Assembly: GCA_963753865.1 (NCBI GenBank)
Contig: CAVWDW010000003.1
Span: forward strand, 53,619-117,618
Source: an uncultured Chloroflexia bacterium
GTDB taxonomy: Bacteria > Chloroflexota > Anaerolineae > Promineifilales > Promineifilaceae
Direction: 5' to 3'
DNA length: 64,000 nucleotides
The notes beneath the pieces were generated by a model. The model was not told the DNA's origin, made no database searches, and saw nothing but the letters and a program-made list of their open reading frames with translations. Shown here piece after piece: positions 56,969 through 64,000 of this stretch. Numbering within the stretch: position 1 is the first letter of the stretch; every line of letters starts with the position of its first letter. The translations under genes were made by a program, and so were the position numbers.

Positions 56969-58371
56969 ATGATTACTAGATGGAAACGTAGTGTAGTTGT
57001 TAGCCTGATGACTGTGGTACTGGCGGCGTTGGCTGCTTGCGGTGGGCAAGCTGCTGCCACGGCTGAACCGCAAATTGTCCAGCAGACTGTTGAAGTGCCG
57101 ATAGAAGTGCCGGTAGAGGTAGTCGAGACGGTGGTAGTCGAATCTATCGTGGAAGTTCCGGTCGAAGTGGTCGTCACCGCTACGCCGGAGCCGGCCGCCC
57201 CGTCCGAACCGGTGGAACTGGTCTACTATACGTTCTGGGCCGCACCGGACCATCTGGAGGACCTGGACCAGATGATTGCCGCGTTCAATGTCGAACATCC
57301 TAACGTGGCGATTAAGGTTGAGACCGCGCCGTTTGGTGATTACTTCACCAGACTTCAGACGCTGATTGCCGGTGGAACAGCGCCCGATGTGTTCGAACGA
57401 AATTACGAGAACTTCGTCACCTACGCCGACCGCGGCTTGCTGCTGGATCTGTCCTCGCAGATGGCGGCCGACGACACGCTCGACCCGGCCATCTACTACC
57501 GCGCGCGCTGGAGGCGTTCAGCTACAACGGTATGCAACAGGGTTTGCCGGCCACCTTCTCCACAGTTGTGATGTTCTACAATCAGGAACTGTTCGATGCT
57601 GCCGGGCTGGACTACCCGACGGACGAATGGACATGGGATGATGTGCGCACCGCCGCTGCGGCCATTAACGACCCGGACAACGGCGTATACGGTTTGCATT
57701 CCGGCATCCAGTTCTGGGAGTTCTACAAGAAAGCAGCCCAGAATAACTGCCAGTTCTTCAACGAAGACCAAACTGAAGTGCTGATCAACTCGCCAGAGTG
57801 TGTTGACGCCTGCAGACGATGGTCGATTTCGTTGAGGTAGATGGAGTAATGCCAGCGCAGCCGACATGGGTGGCGTTTCTGATGGCGATATGTTCCTGCA
57901 GGGTAACCTCGGCATGCTGGTTAGCGGCATCTGGATGTTCCCCGCGTTCCAGGACGCGCCGTTCGCCTGGGACATAACCGTGGAGCCAGGCATGGAAACG
58001 CAGGCGACCCACTTCTTTGCCAACAACGCGGCCGTCTTTGCAGCCACCCAGCACCCCGCTGAGGCGTACGAATGGACCAAGTTCCTGACATCCAACGCGG
58101 AAGTGGCCAACATTCGTGTTGCATCTAACTGGGAGCTGCCGGCGCTGAACAACCCGGAGTTTTTTGCTGACTATCTGGCGCAAACACCTCCAACAACCGT
58201 CAGGCCGTGTTCGATTCGCTGGAGTACGCCATCGTGCCGCCAGTCATCGTCCGTCAGAATGAGATGCAGGACGCCGTGAACCAGCTCATTGAGCAGGTCA
58301 CGCTGGACCAGATAACCGCTCAGGAAGCGCTCGACACGGCGAAGGCCGAAATCGAAGCCTTGCTCCAGTAA
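56969..58371 (+). pseudogene. Carbohydrate ABC substrate-binding lipoprotein interrupted by 3-4 frameshifts (or sequence errors)
   Basis: Lipobox LAALAACG. The SBP-like reading continues across frames with switches near 57499, 57809, 57856 and 58188: DPAIYY/PRALEAFSYNG, VDA/LQTMVDFV, PAQ/DMGGVSDG, AQTP/NNRQAVFDSLEY. Confidence 0.7.
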
Positions 58372-58458
58372 TTGTTTTCCACGCTTAACACCGATATCCG
58401 ACCGGAAAGCCGGTGGATATCGCCACCCTTCACACATCGAAAGTCGGAGACTGCCTCT

Positions 58459-60807
58459 ATGATCATCCATGAGCCGTATGGCATCGAGCATCTCTACGAA
58501 CCCCAGCCTCATGAGCGCTTTCGCGTTATCCCCGGGCGGGACAACCGTGTCTGGGCGTCAGCCTGGCTGGCGATGTCGTTGTCGACCGTGTCTGGGCCGT
58601 ATGGCGTATAGCAGATGGTCCGATGAGCCAGACGGCCAACGGACAAGCGGCCACGGCGGCTGGCGTATCGACCTTCCGCCGTTTGAAGCGGGACAGCACG
58701 TGGCTTACAAGGTTTGCGCGGCTGGCCCAGACGGCGTAGCCGAGACCCAGCCATTCACGTTTGATGTGCCCGGCTGGCAGCATCCGCAGCGGGTTGACCT
58801 GCTGGAACAACTATCAGATGGCGTAGTGCTCCGGTTTGCATTCGCAGACCCAACCTATCTGCCGGTGATCTGGACTGTGCGGATCGATAGAGCGGATCAC
58901 ATTCTCTACGAGGTGACCCCGGCCCTTCGCGCGAGCTTACCTACTGATGATGTGCTGCAAGCGGTGACTGTGGAGGTCGGCGGTCTGCGGCTGACGGTCT
59001 GGCTCGCCTCTTTCCGACTCGAAGTTCGCGAAGCCGGCGGCACGTTGTTGCCGGCCCAGACGCTGCCCGAGCTTCTGCTCCTCCCGTTCAACCGCCGATG
59101 GTTGTGCGACTGGCAGCAGAATGCCCGAATAAGGAGCGTTTCTACGGCGTAGCGACGCAACGCGTTTGACAGCGGGGCGTTGAGCTCGACACGTTGGTTA
59201 TGAGCAGTACAGAATCAGGGTACACGCACCTACATCCCCATACCTGGCTCCTGTCTTCGCAGGGCTATGGCTTCTTCGTGGATACAGCCGAGCGGGTGCA
59301 GTTCGACCTCGCCGCTACGGACAGCACAGTCTGGACGGCCGACGTGCCGCTGGTTGATGGCCACCTGCGCGCCCACCTGTTCGCCGCCGGCAGCCCGCTC
59401 GCCAATCTGAGTGCCTATAGCCGGCTGACCGGCCCGGCCGAGCGGCCGCCCGACTGGATCTTCGGTCCGTGGATGAGCGGCAACGAATGGAATACGCAGG
59501 CCGAAGTGATGCGCCAGATTGACCTGACTGCGGACCATGACATCCCGGCTTCTGTCCTGGTCATCGAGGCCTGGAGTGACGAGACGACATTCTACATATG
59601 GAATGGCGCCCAGTACGACGCTCAACCCAGCGACCAACCACTGCGCTATGAGGATTTCAGCTTCAGTCCGGACGGCCCCTGGCCGGATCCGAAGGGAATG
59701 GTCGACGAGTTGCACCGGCGGGGCATCAGGCTCGTGCTGTGGCAAATACCGATCCTGAAGCATATTGACGAGCCACACGCACAGCACGATATGGACCTGG
59801 CGATGGCGCGCGAGCGCCGCTACAGTCTGAGTCACGCGGATGGGTCGCCCTATAACGTGCGGCCGATCTGGTTCCATGACTCCTTGTTGCTCGATCCATC
59901 GAACCCGGAAGCTCGCGACTGGTGGCTGGCCAAGCGAGCGTATCTGTTGGACGATCTGGGCGTCGACGGCTTCAAGACAGACGGGGGCGAACACCTTTGG
60001 AACAGCGACGTGGTCATGGCCAATGGGGCACAAGGCGAGGCGGCCATCAACCTCTATCCCAACCTCTATATCAGCATGTACCATGACATGATGCGGGAGC
60101 GCGGGCTGGAACCGTTGACGTTTAGCCGCGCCGGGTTCACTGGCATCCAAGCCCTACCCTGCCATTGGGCGGGCGACGAAAACTCCACCTGGCCCGCCTT
60201 TCAGGCCAGCGTGCTGGCCGGGTTGAACGCCGCACTCTCCGGCATCAACTTCTGGGGCTGGGACATCGGCGGTTTCAGCGGCGAGATTCCCGACGCGGAA
60301 CTGTATGTACGTGGCGCGGCCATGGCTGCCTTCTGTCCTATCATGCAGTATCATTCCGAACTGAATTTTCATCGCCAGCCAAGCCGCGATCGGACGCCTT
60401 GGAATATTGCCGAACGGACCGGTCACCCAGAGGTCATCGACATCTATCGCCACTTCGCTAAACTTCGCCTGAGCTTGATGCCTTATCTACAGGCTGAGGC
60501 GCTTGCGCGTCGAACATGCCGAGCCGCTCATGCGGCCGCTCTTCCTCGACTGGCCGGACGTTCCTGAGTGCTGGACCATCACCGACCAGTACATGCTTGG
60601 CCGGGCCCTGCTGGTGGCTCCGGTGCTGGAGCCGGACGTCGAGGGACGAACCGTATTCTTGCCGCCCGGTGACTGGCTCGACTTCTGGACAGGCGAGCGG
60701 CTGGATGGCGGTCGCCGTGTGGCGGTCAATGTTCCCTGGGATGCATTCCGGTCTTCCGGCGACCGGATGCGGCCTGGCCGCTTTCCGAGGAGGCACAGGA
60801 GGAATGA
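58459..60807 (+). pseudogene. Glycoside hydrolase family 31 alpha-glucosidase/alpha-xylosidase interrupted by at least 4 (probably about 8) frameshifts
   Basis: Catalytic region GVDGFKTDGGE and WGWDIGGF lies in ORF 59194-60567. N-terminal and C-terminal parts are in other frames, with switches near 58545, 58625, 59100-59170, 60500 and 60745. The end is inferred from an ATGA overlap at 60804. Confidence 0.7.
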
Positions 60808-61938
60808 CCGTAATCTCCGACGAACTCGAGCGTAGCATCGCCATCATCCGCGCCAACCAGACGGCCAGTGGTGCGTATCTGGCCAGCCCCACTTTCCTAC
60901 CTACCATTACTGCTGGTTTCGCGACGGGGCGTTCATCGCTTATGCGATGGACCTGACCGGGCAGCACGACAGTGCGGCTCGCTTCCATTCATGGGCTGCG
61001 ACGACCATTGCCGGGCAGGCGACGGCGTCCGGCGAGCCACCGCTGCGGGCGTGGCGGGCCGCGCCCCGAATCCGGCCGATCTGCTCCACACGCGCTACAC
61101 GGTGAACGGCGAACCGGGTGAGGAAGAGTGGCCCAACTTCCAGCTCGACGGATTGGGAACGTGGCTGTGGGCGCTGGGCGACCACAGCCACCGCACCGGG
61201 CACGCGCCAGACGCGGCCGTTCGCGAGGCGGTTGGGCTGGCGGCCGACTACCTTGCCGCGCTGTGGTCGCTGCCTTGCTATGATTGCTGGGAGGAGTTTC
61301 CCGACGAGGTCCATCCTCATACTTTGGGCGCCATCTACGCCGGGTTGGGCGCAGCCGAAGCGCTGACAGGCCACGTCTATGGGACAGTGCGCGAAGCCAT
61401 CCGCGCCCGGGTGCTGGACGAAGGTGTTGCTGACGGCCGTTTCGTCAAGTACCTGGGCAGCGATACAGTAGATGCCAGCCTGCTGGGCCTGGCGGTGCCG
61501 TATGGGCTGGTCGCTGTCGATCACCCCACCATGCAGCGAACCGCGGCCGAAATCCAGCGTACGCTCTGCGCCGGGGGCGGGGTTCACCGCTATCTGGACG
61601 ACACCTACTACGGTGGTGGCCAGTGGGTACTGTTGACGGCGTGGCTGGGCTGGTATCTGGCGCAGGCCGGGCAGCGTGAAGAAGCGGCCGCGCTGCTGGC
61701 GTGGGTGGAGGCGCAAGCCACGCCGGAGGGGTGGCTGCCAGAGCAGGTGCCGGACGCGCTCAACGACCCGGCCTGCTACGATCCCTGGCTGCGACGTTGG
61801 GGGGAAATCGCCAGCCCGCTGCTCTGGTCGCATGCGATGGCCATCGTGCTAAGCAAGGAACTGACATCGACCGGTGCTGCCTACCGACTTGGGCGAGGTA
61901 TTCGTTGCCATGCCCTGCCCGAAAAGGCGGTTGGCTGA
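60804..61938 (+). pseudogene. Glycoside hydrolase family 15 (glucoamylase/trehalase-like) interrupted by at least 2 frameshifts
   Basis: MTVISDELERSIAIIRANQTASGAYLASPTF, then another frame PTYHYCWFRDGAFIAYAMD, then the frame of ORF 60868 (WPNFQLDGLGTWLWAL, CYDCWEE, GWLPEQV, LLWSHAM). Confidence 0.65.
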
Positions 61939-61966
61939 ATCGCGTTCCCGCTTTATGCTTGAGCGC

Positions 61967-62707
61967 ATGACTACCTCTACTCCCCGCCCCCAAACACAGT
62001 CAGACCCTCTGGAAGGCAAGATCATCTATGTCCTGATCATGACGTTGATGGTGCAGTTTCTGTATCCGTTGTCCAGTGGCGACTCGTTGTGGCGGACGAT
62101 CTTGTTCCAACTATTCTACGTTGCGCTGTTCCTGGCTGGAATCTACATGGTCGGCAAGAACAAGGTGATCGTGCGCTCACTCATCATTGCCACTATTGCC
62201 TGGATTGTTATCGGCACTCTGGGTGCCATGAGACCAGACTTGCAGTGGGCAAATGTAGTGGGCTATCTCCTGATCATCTTCTTCCAACTGATGCTGACCT
62301 ACGTACTGATGCGTTTTGCCTTCCGCGCCAGCAGAGTCAGCAGGGACGTCCTCCTGGCTGCCATTACCATCTATCTGCTGCTCGGCGCCGTCTTTGTGCC
62401 GGTGTATGGGTTAATCGAAACGTTTACCTGGTTCCCCGATGAGGTAGCCCACGCCTTTATTGATGGCCAGAATACGTATGAGAGTCTGGCCATTCCCTGG
62501 CAGACGTTTGTCTATTACAGCTACGCAACGCTGACCACGCTGGGTTATGGTGACATTGTGCCGGTGACGCACTGGGCGCGGTCGGCGGCTACACTTGAGG
62601 CGGTCATCGGCGTGCTGTATACGGCGATTATCATGGCTCGGTTGGTCGGGCTGTATGCTGGGCGGGATGTGGGGACCGAAACAGTCTCCGGCCCGGAGGC
62701 AACGTAG
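61967..62707 (+). CDS. Two-pore-helix-type potassium channel family membrane protein
   Basis: Selectivity filter TLTTLGYGD preceded by several transmembrane helices. The start is uncertain (ATG at 61955 or 61967). Confidence 0.75.
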   Translation: MTTSTPRPQTQSDPLEGKIIYVLIMTLMVQFLYPLSSGDSLWRTILFQLFYVALFLAGIYMVGKNKVIVRSLIIATIAWIVIGTLGAMRPDLQWANVVGYLLIIFFQLMLTYVLMRFAFRASRVSRDVLLAAITIYLLLGAVFVPVYGLIETFTWFPDEVAHAFIDGQNTYESLAIPWQTFVYYSYATLTTLGYGDIVPVTHWARSAATLEAVIGVLYTAIIMARLVGLYAGRDVGTETVSGPEAT

Positions 62708-62819
62708 GTGCTTGCCAACCCGACGGCCGTCTGGAACATGGCCAGCCAGAGGTTGTCACGGCGCGCCTCAGCAAGTTGATGCGATAGGACGGCGTCGAGA
62801 TCGGTCGTCGCCGGCCGCG

Positions 62820-63227
62820 CTACTTCAGACGCGACAGGGTTATCACCGGGATCTTGCGCTCCGTTTCCTCGCGATAGGTGGTGAAGTTGTCGAAGGCAGC
62901 TTCCATCCTGGCGTACAGTTCATCCCGCACACTGCCGTCGACGACCTCGGCCCGGGCGCTGAACTGGGCCGTGCCGTACTCCACGAACACCTCCGGGCGC
63001 TTCAGAATGTTGTGATACCAATCGGGGTTATTTTCCGCGCCGCCGTTGGAGGCGACGATGACCAGCTTGCCGGCGTTCTCGATGGTGACCAGCGGGTTGA
63101 CGCGCTCTTCGCCGCTGTCGGCTCCGAATGTATGGAGCAGCAGCAGGCGGTTGTCGGCAAAACGGCCGCCAACCATGCCGTCGTTGGCGCGAAACTCTTC
63201 GATAATCTTCTCATTAAAGTCTGACAT
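62820..63227 (-). CDS. Deazaflavin (F420)-dependent nitroreductase family protein (DDN-like)
   Basis: MSDFNEKIIEEFRANDG...GGAENNPDWYHNI...VITLSR matches the DDN/PF04075 pattern. The ATG at 63227 is chosen over the longer ORF-track start. Confidence 0.75.
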   Translation of the reverse strand: MSDFNEKIIEEFRANDGMVGGRFADNRLLLLHTFGADSGEERVNPLVTIENAGKLVIVASNGGAENNPDWYHNILKRPEVFVEYGTAQFSARAEVVDGSVRDELYARMEAAFDNFTTYREETERKIPVITLSRLK

Positions 63228-63365
63228 AGCGTGTATTCCTTGCAAGACGGCCGCCCCGCCGCTCGGGGCTGGACCGCAGTATACGTTTGTTGAGTGCTTG
63301 GGTACCATGATAGTAGCAGATTTTGGCCAACTTGCCTCATTTGTTGGCGCCAATCAGTTTCGCGC

Positions 63366-63559
63366 CAGGGTTATGTAGTTGTCTGTTTCAGGTGGCATAC
63401 AAGCCGTTGGAATAACCTGCTGCTGGTGGCAACCCGCTGGAGATGGGTTGCAGAAGGGGTGGCCGGTGCGCTTTCCTTCTCGTCTTTAGTGGGTTTTGAC
63501 CCACTTCCCCGGTAGCGGTCGGGTTGTCAAGCCGCTGCGGCTTAACAACTGAGCCCCTG
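63366..63559. mobile_element. 194-bp MITE-like element, copy B, with a 9/10 target-site duplication
   Basis: Same ends (CAGGG...CCCTG) and the same conserved core as copy A. Flanked by AGTTTCGCGC (63356-63365) and AGTCTCGCGC (63560-63569). Confidence 0.7.
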
Positions 63560-63673
63560 AGTCTCGCGCACCGAACCTACCGCGACGCAACCGCCTGCGG
63601 TATACTGGCGTCGGGTTTCCCACCCTGAACCGAATATTGCCGCTCAACATCCCCCTATAAGAAGGAAGCGCCC

Positions 63674-64000
63674 ATGCAGCCCAGCCTATTTGACACGGAA
63701 GTCAAACTCGCCGTCTACCGTCATCTTGCAGAGAGTGGCCGGCGGCCGCCGGTGGAGCAGATCGCCGAGCGACTCGAGGTCAGCGTCGGCCGTATTCTGG
63801 CCGCCTATGAACGTTTGCAAGACCAGCGGCTGCTGGTGCTGGAGCCGGACCGGGCCACCATCCGTATGGCCCCACCCTTCTCCGGCGTGCCTACGCAGCA
63901 CGTGGTCGAGTCCGGCGGCGTGCGCTACTTTGCCAACTGCGCCTGGGATGCGCTGGCAGTGCTGGCGGCGCTGCGTCGACCGGGGGTGGTCCGCTCAGCC
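63674..64000 (+). CDS. Alkylmercury lyase (MerB)-like family protein, N-terminal part; runs off the window
   Basis: My own translation from the ATG at 63674: MQPSLFDTEVKLAVYRHLAESGRRPP...MAPPFSGVPTQHVVE...YFANCAWDAL. This shows an N-terminal wHTH-like region plus a Cys-containing MerB-type motif. It is not in the ORF track because no stop falls in the window. Confidence 0.55.
   Translation, partial: MQPSLFDTEVKLAVYRHLAESGRRPPVEQIAERLEVSVGRILAAYERLQDQRLLVLEPDRATIRMAPPFSGVPTQHVVESGGVRYFANCAWDALAVLAALRRPGVVRSA

Noticed and set aside
60940-61833. 297-aa minus-strand ORF and other long alternative-frame ORFs inside the GH15 region
   Set aside because: The plus-strand frame carries GH15 motifs (WPNFQLDGLG, CYDCWEE, LLWSHAM); the antisense ORF is a GC shadow.

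Overview
High-GC (about 60% by eye) bacterial chromosomal window with no rRNA, tRNA or CRISPR array that I could see. The gene content suggests a Chloroflexota-like or other Terrabacteria saprophyte, but that is a weak inference I cannot verify: F420-type DDN, several DinB-fold proteins, ROK and GntR regulators, and many glycoside hydrolases. All calls rest on reading the translations by eye; no searches or folding were run.

Layout:
- 1-7.9 kb: a translationally coupled operon of HyuA/HyuB-type ATP-dependent hydrolase/carboxylase, an aryl-CoA ligase, OppD/OppF-type ABC ATPases and a formamidase.
- 8.2-9.7 kb: a lipoprotein and an internally duplicated membrane protein.
- 10.1-15.6 kb: a minus-strand sugar oxidoreductase/isomerase operon containing a 655-aa unknown protein, with a divergent GntR regulator.
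- 15.7-19.2 kb: a 1191-aa single-polypeptide two-component regulator.
- 20.5-36.0 kb: a large glycan-utilisation locus (ABC importer, GH4, GH65, HAD, SGNH, GH63/37-like, GH2, frameshifted FGGY kinase, araD).
- 36-51 kb: small unknowns, a CPBP protease, a NarL-type two-component system, a cupin, a tectonin-repeat/LysM lectin-like protein, stress and detoxification genes, a TetR-GT1 pair, a class V aminotransferase and MscS.
- 52-62 kb: SulP, then a ROK-regulated alpha-glucan locus whose binding protein, GH31 and GH15 genes are riddled with frameshifts.
- 62-64 kb: a K+ channel, a DDN and a MerB-like gene.

Most notable observations:
- Two about 80%-identical copies of a ~195-bp non-coding element with terminal inverted repeats and 10-bp target-site duplications (50078-50273 and 63366-63559). 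It looks like a MITE and has a strongly conserved hairpin-rich core.
- The soluble LacI-PBP/histidine kinase/pseudo-receiver/receiver/AraC fusion regulator.
- A cluster of at least 8 frameshifts confined to about 3.6 kb.
- A HyuB fused to an acetone-carboxylase-gamma-like zinc-ribbon tail, sitting next to an aryl-CoA ligase.
- A signal-peptide-less six-repeat tectonin-LysM protein.
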